A stretch of DNA of 64,000 nucleotides from Trichoplax sp. H2 (Eukaryota), in contig NOWV01000174.1 of NCBI GenBank assembly GCA_003344405.1, positions 62,001 through 126,000 of the forward strand, given 5' to 3'. Below the pieces are notes generated by a model, which worked only from the letters and a program-made list of their open reading frames with translations, ran no database searches and had not been told where the DNA came from. Shown one piece after another: positions 39,916 through 54,700 of this stretch (position 1 is the first letter of the stretch; each line of letters opens with the position of its first letter). A program made the position numbers and the translations under genes.

Positions 39916-41696
39916 TCTTTTGTGCCGTTTATGTATAACTTAAATACTTTCTAAGACATTTTAAAAGTTATGTGCAGCACGGTTATGCTATTACATCGTA
40001 TTGAAAGATGGCGTTAACGAATTTATTCCAAAGTTGATAAATAAATTTGTCGTTAATGGAAGCGATTAAAGTAACATTAAAGCAATGTGAGATACTACCT
40101 ATAACAGTGAACTTTAGGCAAAAATATACGATGAAAATGATACCTCAGAGGGGAAATTAGTTGCTTGAGTGATACTTGTGAATATGTAGGAAGTTTAAAC
40201 GATTCTAATTTCCGTCCTCAGCATTATTAATATGGACTTCGATCACTAAATCTGATTGAAGTCTGCTAGTGAGCAAAATAAAGCATGCAGTAATGCAATT
40301 GAATAATATAACGCACAGGTCTCCTGACTTCCAAGATCGACATAACACAATGGGGGTAAAAATCCTATCTTATTGAGTATGGCTGACAGTATATCGAATT
40401 ATTACGATTAAGCATACTTTACTATTTACTATTATTGCATGCAAGTCCTAGCTTTCCTCATGGATTTTATAAACTTTTTAAATAATGACGAAATTATTCA
40501 TAGGGACATGTCATATCTTTGTATCGCTTACAGACTTGTTCTACTCGTACTAATAAGATGTGTTATACACCAACACAATGAATGTTACAGTTAGTATTTA
40601 AGCTTCAATGCTCGAAGTATTATGCCACTTAATAGACCGTCAGCCAATTGGCAATACTGTAGCATAATACGGTATGTGCTTAATTAATTTTAAATTAGCT
40701 TTATGGGGAACTCTTTTGCGATTAACTACTTTCAGGCAATTAGTTTACAGTCAAAACTTGAAAACTACTATTACACTGTAGTGCCAATACTTTACTGAGG
40801 TGAAAAGGTAACATGCCTGTAGAAGAGCAAATAATTTATTAATTATTTAGACAATTACAATGTTGATATAATGCCTTACTATCTGTAGAGGACGTTATTA
40901 CATCGTTATGCTGCCTCATCTGGAACATCGTTGATTGCGATACAATGTTAACACTGTTATATAGAAATGGTGATGATTTAATTCCAGCTATATTACTAAT
41001 TGACTTATTTTTTGGAATCCTTAGAAATCCGACAAATCTCAGATAGCCAATTTGAAATTACTAGTTAATGATGTGGTTAGAAAATTTTAAGTATTTGTCA
41101 TATATAATTATTTGCTGCAGTCTTAAAAAGCTGAACAAGGATCAGTGTAGTAAAATCAAAAAACTACTTGCGCTTTTGTAGTTTAGGGAAAAAATACGTA
41201 GACTAGTTAGATTACTTAAAAAATTAACTTCCTTTATTACTACTATGCTAGTAATCATTATTTATTTGCTGCGCTGTTGATATTTAGGTGTTTCAATTTC
41301 ATTGATAAATCTAGGTAGTTCTAAGTTCATATACAGCTTTTCTTATTAACTGAATGATTTTAAATGTTTACAGTATAGTAGCAACACTATAATTATAGGG
41401 ATACACGTTTATTTATTTAAATCGCTATGTTTGTTGTTACAAATTGAATTATATATTACAAAAATTATTAAAGATGATTCAAGATATTCTTGCACGCGGA
41501 TAAGATTGGTACTGATTATTCTCATTTAAAAAGATAATTAGGCTACGATGGTTGTCGAGCGTGAATATACGTCCATATAGATGATGTCTTATCTAGACAG
41601 CCTTAAATTCCTAGTAATTATCTTGCCCTTAAAACAATATACATATAAAATTCACCTGCGCAAGATCATTCACGTACGGTAACAGACAACTAAGAC

Positions 41697-43328
41697 CTAC
41701 TTAGCGGTCTGAGGAGATTCTAGTTGGTATGTTACAGGTCCATCATTGCGGATATCAATTTGCATATAAGCACCGAATAATCCATCTAAGTCAGGAGTAA
41801 ACGATTTCAATATTTTTAATATTTTAGTAATATGCGCGAAGCATGTTTCATATATTCAATATTTTATAATGCAGTCAGTACCACATCCACCGACCTTTAA
41901 TTGCTTCAGGTTTATAGGAAGATCTCAGCTGCGATAAGAATTTTTCATAGAGCTGTTTCGATGAATCTGCAGCCATAGCGTTATGGAAATCTAGCTTATT
42001 TCCTTTTAATACACTATACAATGTGAACTAGCAAAAACAATAAATGGAATTTTTATTTCTCAGAAGATCGATTACCGGTCGATGTAGTTCGTATTTTCTG
42101 TGTATGTTGCATTATTACTTATTAGTGATTGCGAATATGTTGAAATTATCTATTCGGTCGGAGCTCTATCACTAAATGATAATTATTAGTAGACCATGCA
42201 TGAGCTAAGCCCTAGAGGCCCATTCAATTCCAGTAAAAGTACAGTACGATAAGTGTATCCAACTAGCATTAAATACCTGCTATGCTAACGAGTTTAGCTC
42301 ATCATAATAGGATTGCAGTTTCCATTTCTAGAATGCCTATCACATACTTGACTGAGTTTATTGTCGTATCACTCACTGAGTCTACTTTCGTATAACTAGT
42401 GTCACGAACAGGCACTACACATTGGCAGCCACTGCCATTTTGCTAATTACGCTGTACTGTATATATATCACTAGTCTATATATTGTCATTACCTGGCTAA
42501 CACATAATATTTCTAAATTTTTTTCCATGACATTCTTTGTCCAACGTTTCTCTCCATCTTCAAATAATCTTAGGCTTAAAACCTTCCTAGAACTGCATAT
42601 ACAAATTATTTCAATCTATTCCTTTTCATACATTTTAAAACAAGAGACTGATTTCATATTAAGAGTACACCCTATTCACTTTAGGTAAACATAAGGAGAA
42701 ATGATTAGATTATTAAGAGATTTTATCTGACGTCTAACATGTAATCAAGATCTTTATCTGTGTCATATCTTGATATGCCAATCAATATACAGAGTCCTCT
42801 ACCGATTGAGCTGATTAATTCACCATCAACTAGAATAGCATTATGTTTGAAATACATGAGATTAGTTACGTTAAGGCAAACATTCATTCGCTACGCAGTC
42901 TAACTACAGTACTACTTGATAAAAGCGTCACTGTACTCGGTCGTTTTTAAATGCATGCTATGATACAGCGTCTTTAATTTCGTTTTAGATACATTCACAG
43001 GGGGAAATTATAACTAAAACTAACGTGCAAATACAGTAGTTTATACCGATATCTACTAAAATATCTGATACGGAAATAATATTGCTGTAGTTTACTATCA
43101 CAGAAGAAGAAATTTAATAGCAAGCTATCGATGGAATCATTCCACCTTGAAATTGCAGAAACATATAGTCCTCTATACTGTAGTAACTGTACTGTACTGT
43201 AGACTACCTTACAGTACATCTAGGTAGTCATTTACTTCTTTAGCAGTCGTCTACCGCATATCATCTCCAACACCTAACAACTAACCTGTCACACTAGCAG
43301 CTGTAACACGCTGGATTAAAGCTTTCAT
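41697..43328 (-). CDS. DTD1: D-aminoacyl-tRNA deacylase 1 (151 aa); exons 43328-43286, 42829-42739, 42592-42493, 42027-41895, 41785-41697
   Basis: Spliced: MKALIQRVTAASVTVDGELISSIGRGLCILIGISRYDTDKDLDYISRKVLSLRLFEDGEKRWTKNVMEKNLEILCVSQFTLYSVLKGNKLDFHNAMAADSSKQLYEKFLSQLRSSYKPEAIKDGLFGAYMQIDIRNDGPVTYQLESPQTAK*. It carries the QRV, SQFTL, GxFGAxM and NDGPVT signatures. A GT donor overlapping the stop could allow a further 3' exon. Confidence 0.95.
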
Positions 43329-43579
43329 GTCTTTCTACTAACTGTTCATATAAATAATAATTTTGAATTCGTTTTATTCAGGTCAGTTTGCCTTGCTTCT
43401 AAGTGTACTGTATAGAATTGAGGGCTTATAGCATGCAAAATATGATTCGCCAGGTTTCATCAATAGTTATGGAGATGGTTATTGCACTACTAAGACATGG
43501 AGGTGTCTCATACAAACGTCCATTATTTACAGTTAAAGCTAAGCCAGAGCACAATGTCGCATACGCCAGCATTAGCCGA

Positions 43580-44065
43580 CAATACTGTCGACCACGAATG
43601 ACTGTTATAGTGTACAGTGTACAATACAGTATATTGTACATCGCACTGTACTGTACACTTGGGATTCTACCGTACTGTACAGTGTACAGTACAGTACAGT
43701 ACTGTACTGTAGATGCTTCTCCCAAAGAGACTCTAGTACAGTACAGTACTGTACTAAAACTTACTGGAACCTTTCGTCCTGGAGGACTACTGTACAGTAC
43801 AGTACACTGCCAATTTCGAACAAGATAACTCTTCAAAGACGAACGCTAACGCCAAGATAGCTACTGGCGTCACTATAATAATGAAGCCAACATCGCTCTT
43901 TCTTCGATGGAAATATTCTCTCTGCGGTATACTGTTCGTTGTATGACTGCAGTCGAACTTAGTAACAAGTGGCCACAGTAGCAGCTGCATCAACAAGTAA
44001 CACACAAGAGCCATGTTGTATCGTACTACAGTCTACAGTACTCTGCTGCATGGCGCGTACTGTAC
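43580..44065. promoter_or_regulatory. Divergent promoter region DTD1/CFAP70 with TACAG/CTGTA arrays
   Basis: Lies between ATGs at 43328 (-) and 44334 (+). Example: the 22-bp palindrome TACAGTACAGTACTGTACTGTA at 43690-43711. Confidence 0.65.
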
Positions 44066-44109
44066 GGTCAAGGAGCGTTAGTATACCTTTATGCGCAGCT
44101 GCGAACAAA

Positions 44110-44123
44110 GTTACTATGGAAAC
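44110..44123. promoter_or_regulatory. RFX X-box upstream of the ciliary gene CFAP70
   Basis: GTTACTATGGAAAC matches the 14-bp X-box consensus GTHNYY-AT-RRNAAC, about 210 bp upstream of the ATG of a cilia-associated gene. Confidence 0.75.
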
Positions 44124-44333
44124 ATAGGTAACTTTGCAAGCATGAACAGGATGACTTGTTGTCATTTAATATTAACTGCAAGTACTGGTGTAGATGCTAA
44201 GCTGTTTGCTATACTGCATAAAATTACTATTATAGAAAATACTACTTTAATAATACTCGTATAGCCAATCTACAACAGATCACCTTTTACACTTCACTGC
44301 AAATTAATCAATACGCAAAAGCGTTGATCAATA

Positions 44334-47300
44334 ATGGCTAATCAAGAAGATACCGAGAAGAGACAACGGACTTCAGAAACAATCACCATTTCTGTTGTAC
44401 GAGGAAGAAATTTGGTAGGTTACTTCGCCTCTATTATTTATCATTATTAATCGAAAAGACATTAATCAATCAGTAAACTTCATAAAATCCATAACATATA
44501 TTGTATAATAACTGTACAAGTAAGGTGACAGTAAACGAAATTTAATTCTGGCTAATGATAGGTAGTGACTATATGCTGCCAAAATTTTATAGCAAATATC
44601 CTAATCATTGTGTAACTTAAATTTATTTTATAATCTCTATTTTTATCTAAACTTTAGAAAAGTACGAAAAATGAAACATTGACATCTACTGTAAAAATAG
44701 AATTTGGGCATAATGTAATTGGAGAATCCTCAAAAATCGAAGGAAAATCAGACTACACCGTCGATTATAATTATAATGCATCATGGTCGTGCTCCTTAAT
44801 TGATCCCTTAGCTCTTGATGATTTAGTTTACAAGCCTGTTATAGGTAAGAGCAGCTATCTACTATGAAAATATCTGCGATAATATTTCGCTTTTGCTGAA
44901 ATTTGAATTATCATGAAATGTGTACCAATAATTTAAACTATAATATCATTCACTCAAAGACGGTAATGCCTTGTTGTAATCTCATCATTATATTAATAGT
45001 TAGCGTAACGGAAGTTTTATCACGAGAGAGAAAACAGAAGGAAGAACGAAGTATTTTACTAGGCCAAACTTGCATCGATTTGTTACCACTATTGAAAGGT
45101 TGGTCAATTGATGTGGATCAAAGAGCTGCAATAGATTAATCAATATTAAATTATAATCACAAATACGCTCAATAAAAAATTAGGTGAGGAAAGGTTTACT
45201 GTGCGTCAACCTTTATTTCCACCCAATCCACATGCTGATGGTCACACCGATACATTTTCCAATGTAAGTGTTGAGAAATTGTAACCGCTGACTAACAATA
45301 TGATCATAATCAATTTTTAATATATATTCATGTATGCATGTACACGCTACTACTCAATCAACCTAGCTTCCACAGATAGAAGTGGAAATATCAACTGCTG
45401 AGCCATTACTTTCTGAGTCAGAAATTGCTGGAAGGTTAGATTTCGTTTAAAAATTGAAATAATTGACTATATTATAGATGCAATTGATCACTTGCTAATT
45501 TAAGTTTATAATTTCTTTTATTTCTATGAAATTAGTAACATGTTTAGCTTTAGAGTTGAGTCAGCTTACGCTGTTCCTGAAGTATGGCATCAGAGTAATT
45601 TAGCGTATCATTACGTAACTGCAACCCCTATTCCGGTTAGTCAAGATAAAGAAGTGTACGCTACAATTGCTAACGGCAACTTGAAAAGTGCCATGGAAAG
45701 AGAAGGGCCTGGAGCTCAGAGAAAATGGGCTAGTACCATCAATATAACAAATCATGCAAGCTATATTATCAATAGGTAGATTAATAGCTGATAACACAGT
45801 CGATTCATATATTGTAATTTATTAGATTTGTATTACTAATAGTTAGGTTATATAGCTTGAACGTCAATATTAATCTAAAGTTTTAAATATTCTTAGCAAC
45901 TTACCAGTCGTTCCATTCAAAGATGAAGACGGCGATCTAACAAAAAGAGAGGTAATCATATTATTTATTTTATGTGACTATGGCTGAAGTTATTAACATA
46001 TCATCATATATATATACATATGTATCAGGATCATCAATTTCGAGTGGAATGCGAAACCGACAGATCACGCGTTACCTGGAACGCAGAGAGACGCTGCTGG
46101 ATGGATTCAGATGCCGTTTCTATGTAAATTACACTCTTGTATATAAAAGATCTTACAGATGGTATTAAAAACTATTGTATACTTAATTCTTATCTATTCT
46201 ACTTATTCTTTAGCTTTAAAACTAGGATTGCTCATCATCGGGTTTGGCCTATTGAAATTATGAAAGTTTTACCACAAACACAAACAAAGACGAGGAAGGG
46301 TGCTCATGAAGAAGAACTATCAATACATTTCCATGGCGTTGCTTACGTTGATTTTGCTCCTTTATTATACCCTGGAGGTAAGCCAGCCGTACCCTTAATC
46401 ATTTACATGTAGCCGTCAATAACTTTCGTGCATCGATGTAATTAATTTCTATTTCGTAGCTCAAAGACTTCGTGGTGCATATTTAGTACAACCCTTTTCA
46501 GAGAGTGAAATACAGGATAAGGTAATTTAATTCATCGTAAAAATGAAAATATGAATTTAAAATTATGTAACGACTCTGTAATTTAATCATGCAATATTTT
46601 TCAATCGTAGGTCGAACATCGTAGTATTGCTGATGAAGCGGCACAAATTGTTAGCGGTTTAAATCGCAGCGTTACATCTGCTATTGGCAAAAAAACTAAG
46701 AAAACTACACAGGTACGATCTTTGAGTTAAAATTAATTGGAGTTATAATAATGCCATTAATTGATATACGATGCTATTACTTGCCATAAATATTTAGTCG
46801 GTTACCAATAAACAATCCGACGGAACTGTTGCTGATGGTGATGGAACTGGAACTGAAGCACAGGTATGCGTTATATCTGATATTATTTCTAACAATCAAA
46901 GACAATCGTTAAATCATTAGAATTTATCCTAATTAAATAAGTAATACCTTTTATAATTTGATACAGGCTTATCTTGAAAATAAGACATTCATCATGATAG
47001 AGATATGCTTAGACAAACCGCTTGTACCTAAACGACCACCTTCATCTCTAGCAAAGAGGTGCTTAATAATAAATTATTGCTACTAAAGATAGAATTAATT
47101 GAACTAAATGCCAATAACTTATGTTTACTTTGCATAGAGTTTCAGAATATATTCCACCACGATCAATTTTTCCAACGCGTATTAGAAGTGCTCAAAAAAC
47201 TTTAGACAGTTATCACAAACAAGTTGATCACGTTGCCAAGTTAATATTAAATGAGTATCGGCTTCTGAATAAAGGCATTTTAGGAAATCATCATATGCCT

Positions 47301-50300
47301 CAAGATACAGAAATTGTGGATGAGAGGTAACCATGTATTGACATTAGTACAGTACAGCTAAATTGAAGTTTACAGCATAACTTTACGATGTATAATCATT
47401 CATCTTAGGCGAAAGGAGCTACTTTACGAACTAAATACTTCTGGAAAGTATTTTGCTTTCAAAGAGCAGATGAAGGTATACTCGTATATCCTGTTTATGA
47501 ACACGAAATTGAGTAAATGATATCGTTAACCTAACTAGAAATCATCAGATTATAGTCTATTGTAATAGAAACGTTAATTACATCTACATTTAAGGCTATA
47601 AGTCTTCTGATATTATCTTACGTGCAATATCATAAATATCTAATATATTTTTTATTGTAAAATATGTTACTTTGGCATTTTAATCAACCAATTCATAATC
47701 TTTAATAAATCCTCTGTAAACAAAGTTAAGAAAGCTATGCACGTAATTTATTTAGTACTATCTTACTTCACAAACGTAGTGAGATAATATTAGGTAGTCT
47801 AAACATTAAAATAAAAACGCGTTAGATAATCTAGCAATTTTATCTATATTATTTATTTGATATTCAATTAATTAAGTAATTACTGTACCCTTTAAATTAC
47901 TCGGGCATTTTGGACACTACAGCATGCAATAGTGAAGGTTGTACGAGAAAAGTTTCTAATAACGAAACCTTTCGAAGATAAAGATCAACTTAGTGTAAGC
48001 TATAATCATTTTAAATCCATAAAAATTATCGATAGCCAGTTTATTTCTTGAATCAAAATTATTAACTTTGTGTCTCTGATTAATTATGACTATTTTTTAG
48101 AATTTTCTGAGTGAACTATATTCTTACTTAATCGATGAAATGCATGTTGGCTTAAGCAAGGTTTGTTATGATGAGCAATGATATTCATTGTATCTAAAAG
48201 TTGCTGACAAAGCATTTATAGACGGTTAAATTAAAATTTCTATTAAATATCTATATGGCATAAATTTCAAACTGCAAGGCAATACTCAGTTTTATACTAC
48301 CTATATCAACTGTTTAGGCATTATCAATGAAAGATGATGCACCACCTCCAGTTACTGTGATTGATGCAAACATGATGAAACACTTTGCTAAGGAAGCTGA
48401 AGTATGCTTACAGATATAATATTATCTTTCGTAAATTATAGATTTTAATCTATAGGTATCGAAATTAAGTGATATACAAAATCGCATTTGCAATAGTTAA
48501 TGATCTACTTCCTTTATAATTTATTATAATAGGAGAATGGAAATTATGAACTAGCAGCAAGATATTATCAAGAAGTAATACTTTATAATCACATTTTAGT
48601 TTTAAGAATGGCAATTGTTTACATGCGAAATGATTATCATTTTTCATGATGTTTAACGCGTAAATGGATGATACGTAATTGCTCTATAATAATGGTAATA
48701 ATTTGTTTAATCCGTAGCGACTTGCATGTAATAAGAACGATCCCTGTCACTGGTTCGATTATGGTACATTTTGCTTACTAATCGGCGATATCAATAAGGT
48801 ATTTAACTATATTTATTTACATATTCTAACACTTAAACTATGCTACACGGTAGCCTGGCTCAATAACTGAACTGATTTTATCTCATACTATATATAATTT
48901 AAATTTCAATCATTAGGCGGAAGAATGTTTTAAAGAAGCACTAACAATTAATCAACAATTTGTACCTGGGTATAATATAGCATAATTACCTATCCGATAG
49001 TTACTTGCTATACGATAGAAAACTAAGCTCTACCTCTATTTTCAGTTTAATCCTTTATGGCATTGTTTGTCATATGGATGAGCGAAACGACGAAGCAGAA
49101 ACATTTTTAGAAGCGGCGACTACCGTGGAACATGATAATATCTTGGCATGGACAATCTTAGGTATAATTCCCGATTGCAATCTAGTAGCTAGTTTTTGCG
49201 TAATCAAGCAGTAGTGCACGTATAAATACATAAGCAAAATTTTGATACATTCATTCTTTTAATGGGAATATTCTTTAGGTTTATTTTATAACAGTATCGA
49301 AAAGGAGATATTCGCCGAAATGGCATTAAAAGAAGCTTGTAGATTAAATTTATTACAAGCTGAAAAAATCGATTGCAATAATCTGGAAACGACCAGTGAT
49401 GATCATCAGTTGAATAGTGATGCTAAATTGAATAAAGATAAGGATAAAGAAATTGCTCTTGAAGCTACGGAATCACAAAGCATAGAAGCAGAAATAAGCC
49501 GAACTGTAGCTGAAAGTGACAAGCACGAATCACCAGTCGGCGATCATCAAATCCCAAGTAATTAGAATTAATATCATTTAAGTATTGATTCAGTAACCTT
49601 TCATAAGCCAACAATGATTTTAGCTTATACATTCACACAATTTGAATTTGCTATAAAAGGTACTCATTCGTTGGAAGCAACACCATCGCATTCATTGAAA
49701 GTATCGAATACAACGAGCAAGAAGGGTACAACACAAAAACGAGGTAGTAGACAAGTAAGCAGAGGGAATACATCAACATTCTTACAGGGAAAATCTGGAT
49801 TATCGAATATCGCCGCTAACAAAAATAGAGCTCAATCAGCGCTTAGTGGCGGGTGGTCTAACCCAGACACTGAGATTGGTTCTTTCCCTGCTGGAGTAGT
49901 TCAACCGACTGAGATTCCTCCACCACCACCACGTCCTATAACCCCTATACCTGATCAAAGCACGTATATGCGTGCTGCACAGTTTCTTCTTCGAGTTAAT
50001 GCCTTTCAGGTATAACAGGTTTTATTCTTAAATTGTACATATTCCTAGCATAACTTTATTAGGATCAGAAACACTGCTTCGGTAGCAAGATCCGCCAAAA
50101 CTAGTTATGACTCTTTAAATAATTTCATTCGATTTTCTATTGCAATGACTGTAGATGTGCGAAAAAGCCTTAGGAGCAGAATTAATTCAGTATCCTAAAA
50201 GCGATCTTCCAACGCAGTATTACTTACATTTAGCTCAACTTAAGCTTCAAATGAAACAGTACGATGTGGCTGAAAGAAATATTGAAGAAGCTTTAATCCA

Positions 50301-51341
50301 TGACTATACTGTAGGCATATGGGAATAATAGTCCAACTGAAAATTGAATAATAAGTAAATTAACTATTTCTATAATAACATTTTTATAAATAGAACTCCA
50401 ATTGTTGGGCTATACTTGGCCATATCAAATACTTAACCAGCAATTATAAGGAGGCACGCAGCGCTTATGAACGAACTCTAGCTCTAATAGATACTGCAGA
50501 TAATATGCATATTATCTATCTGAGATTGGCATCAATATATCTGGGTGAAAAATTGGTTAGTAGCAACGCTATAGTATTAGCACCGTAATTTTTTTAGATA
50601 AATAGTATTGCGGATTTATTTTAATGAAATTAATTTCAAAACTTCGTAATGACCATCGTACAAACAGTATGAAAATGCCAAGAATACATTCTTGCTGGCT
50701 TGTAAGCATTCGCCATCCTGCTTATCCTGGCTAGGCGTTGGGATTGCTTGTTACAGGGTTTGTATATTGCATTAGCGGTTTCGTACTATAATTCTTTTAT
50801 GGTAATTTAATTAAACCAAAACAAATGCTGTTATATTATATTTTACTACTATTAGATGGGAGATTTATCAGAAGCAGAAGAAGCTTTATCTGAAGCTAAT
50901 GTTTTAAACAATCATGATGCAGAAGTATGGGGCTATCTTTCATTGGTCTGCTTAAGGGTAAGCAAATTGCGTAGCACTAAGTTGCTAAAATTATTGAATA
51001 GCATTTTGTTTCATACAAGCTAATTTCAACTGTTACTATGATGTATAGACCAATCGGGAAGAGGAAGCTGAACAGGCTTATAAATATGCGCTAAAGGTAA
51101 GTTTCTCAATCTTGTTTGCTAATGTAGGTATGCATCTACTAGCTTATGTTAGTACACGCATTTCGCTTATACGACGATTCCAAACAAAATGTCGAGGTGA
51201 TAATTAATGTACTAATCCTAGACTGCTTAAAACGTAAATTAGGTTGGATTATCCAATAAAGAATTACTTCAAGAGATTAATGAACAGCAGAAAGTGATCG
51301 GATTTGGAAATCCTCTTGTATCTACTATATTATCACAGTAA
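44334..51341 (+). CDS. CFAP70: Cilia- and flagella-associated protein 70 (TTC18), C2-like N-terminus and TPR C-terminus, multi-exon
   Basis: MANQ...[88 protein letters not shown] exons [72 protein letters not shown]; end [10 protein letters not shown]...SQ*. Confidence 0.9.
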
Positions 51342-51709
51342 CATTATTTCAAATGGCACTATTTAACGATTGCATAAGATTACTAGTTCGAAAATGTTAA
51401 TTAATTTTAAGGACATCGACTACGGAATGAACGACTAGTATGTAATTTTTCTGTATGATACACATAATCTAACAATGATGATTGATAAATTTATAGTCAA
51501 TGCTAAGATCGATATTTTACGAACTATAATTTTCGGTGAAATTTAACATTTCATATCATTTATTGTATAACATTCGACTGTACAATGTATTAAATATTGG
51601 TAGAGCATGACAACGTCGTTGCCAAATAAAAATCAATGATTTTAGAAATACGATATCCCCCACTTATTCACTATTGCTTAAGTTAATGGCCATATAAAAC
51701 AAGGCGTAT

Positions 51710-54700
51710 TTATGGTGATTTTATTATCCCGAATTCGTCCCTTGAGCCAAGAAGCTTACAGATTCCGACGGATTCTATCTGTAATATTCCAATACAGTAA
51801 ATAAAGCTTGTGAGTTCTTCAACATCTGCTATCTGTATCTTCTCTATTACATTGACACAACTTACCACAAGGATATAGGAACATGTACTTGGTTCAAGGA
51901 GATACATGGCAATAGCATTGGGTGTAGTGAGATCGTTTCGGCATCTATGTATATTATATAAATTAAAATTGTTACGCTATATTTTAATTCTAACCATTAC
52001 ATGAACCATAGAAGGTATCTGCTACATAAGTTCACAGAAAATGTTGGAAACATATGATTTTCTTACCTTAATCTAACAACAACTTTTCTTGGCATAGCGG
52101 TAGCATCACAAACATCGCCTTTACCAAAGAATAATTCCATTGTGCTAATAAATAAATTACAATGGTTTAATTCCATGTAATTAATTCAATTTTTTATCGC
52201 CGTGGAGTGGACAATTTTTTTCTTTTAAGTATACAGTTCCAGTCGAATAATTTAACTACAATACCTTTTATGAGCAGAGTCCTTTTTACTATTAATGAAC
52301 CATCTTTTATGTTCCTAATTGATAGTACAATAGAATAAGTTTAGTAAACGTAATATAAACAACAACTTAACCTTACACATGTGATAATAATATCTCACAT
52401 TTACGTCCCAAGTTCCCAATAGAATGACGGTTTTACCAGATACTTGATCCTTAGATATTCCAACAATTAAAATGTTATATTAGATAGCGCATGACAAAAT
52501 AGTACGATATTCCCAACTGATTAAATTGTGTTAACCTCGTGGTACTGTTTTACATATCGTCCATAACAAAACTCGTATTTCCACCAGCCGCCTTCTCCCT
52601 TGAAAATAGCAATAACTATAAGCTTAACGCTAATGCATTGGAGTACGTTGAATAAATATATATCTTACGCCATTTAAACAAAAGGTGCCCTTCAGAAAGT
52701 TTTTCATCGGGTCTTCCCCTGAAACGGCACTAGCAACAGGATCTTTTTTTCCACTAACGCTAGGAATACCTTGCTTGCTCTAATTTAATGTCAATAAAAA
52801 TAGTAAAGATTTAGCTAAAGTTTAATGAAATCTGTTGCTGATAGTTTAAAAATTTTTGCAAATACTTACTGAGACCTCGTACATAACGTTCCTATTTTGC
52901 AATTTTAGAATACTATCTTTGAGTTCTAATTCTGCTTTAGGAACACTAGCGGCCATTAATAGTTACAGAATATAAGTTTAGTCTTTAAACTCAAATAGTT
53001 ACACTTAATAGAGATAACAATAACGTACAATCTTAGGACTTAAATTTACCTAGGAGAATCACTAACGCTGTGACAATGAATCTGATTGATAACTTCTTCC
53101 TTAGGCCTATTACAATAATTCATATGATACAAGGCCGTGATTATGCTATATTTGATATAATCGAATCATCTATCAACATTTTACATTACTATTTCTTCCT
53201 CTCGAACCTGTAGTTCTTATTTTTACACATTAAATGTGTTGCGACTACAACTTCGTATTCACATGTTATAACTTCCTTTAAAATTATAATCTGTAATAAC
53301 AGAGCGATTTATCAAGAATTAATTTACCCAAGTGCTTTAGCTTACATATAGATATTTCATTCTTTGTCGCATTAGTTATGCAACGTTAGTAGTACAGAAT
53401 ACCTCGTCCTTGGCATTTTCATCACAAATATAGTAAACGCTTGTCTGACGTGGTTTATCATTAGCTAGGTCACAAGGTGTACCATCAGTCATAACTAACT
53501 TATAGTATGGGAAATCTTTACTTGCGATGGTCTTTGTTGGAATCTAATTTAAGATTCAAAATTCTTAACAACTGACGCGAATACCGCAATAAAGGAGAAT
53601 CCAATTCTGATATCACTGAAAGTAATAGCAGTAAGGAATACTAAAGATCTTACTTTTTCATCATTTGGCGTAACTGGCAACTCTGAAATTAAAGATGTAT
53701 TCATTATTAGAGGTATTATGAATTACTGCATATCTCGATAAGTAAAGCTAAATTACGTACTGCTTTTCTTGTACGCGCCGAGTACGTAGTGATGATCGAA
53801 GCTCTGCAAAGAGTAAAAAATTAGAGTACCGTATTCGCTTATATTGTAGTTCTTCTAGACATTCTACAACTGTGTCGATGAAGATAAGATTTTCATAGGT
53901 ACTATTTCTAGAGTAATTACTCACCCCTTTACTATTTTCATGAAATTGATTTACATGTCGTCCATGACAAAGTTCATAACTCCAGTATCCTTCCATCTAT
54001 TCGTAAAAGATCGTTGATACGTTAATTATAAATTATTTATTTTTAAGCAAAGTACAAACTAATTCGACCGACTATCATTTCCTTACTAATGAAGAGTGAT
54101 GAGTATCATTTCTACCCAAGTATCTCATTCTTAAGATGAAAATATCATTGAAATATATAGCAAATTAGCTGCTATATTGCATAATCCTACATTTGGGATG
54201 ATGTTGTTACGTACTGTCCATTTACAAACTTACCCTGTAAGTGCAACGTTTCTTACTAAATAGCGTCGATAATAAAATTTCAGGTGGTTCAGTATCACTT
54301 CTATCTGATTCTTTGGTTGCCTACCATCAAAATAGAAGTGATGACTTACAGCGTTACTGTCTGGCTTTACATGTTAATGGTCTGATAGCAATAATTTAGC
54401 AAACATGTTCTTACAACGATCTCGGTTCGACTATTGCCAACAATAACGACACGGTAAACCCTATATGATGCACATACAAATATTCTCATTTTGATATACC
54501 TTTTGGTTCTCCTTCTTCGGCAGAACACATTCGTATTGTTCATTATTCGATGTTATCATGGACATCTTTTCGATTTCATCATTTCCTTTCTAATGGTAAT
54601 AATGATAATAATAATTACGAACTAATATGACTTACTGAACAGAAAGTTTATGACCTTTTAAGACGTTATATGCGTATTATATGCTGAACACGAGCACTGT

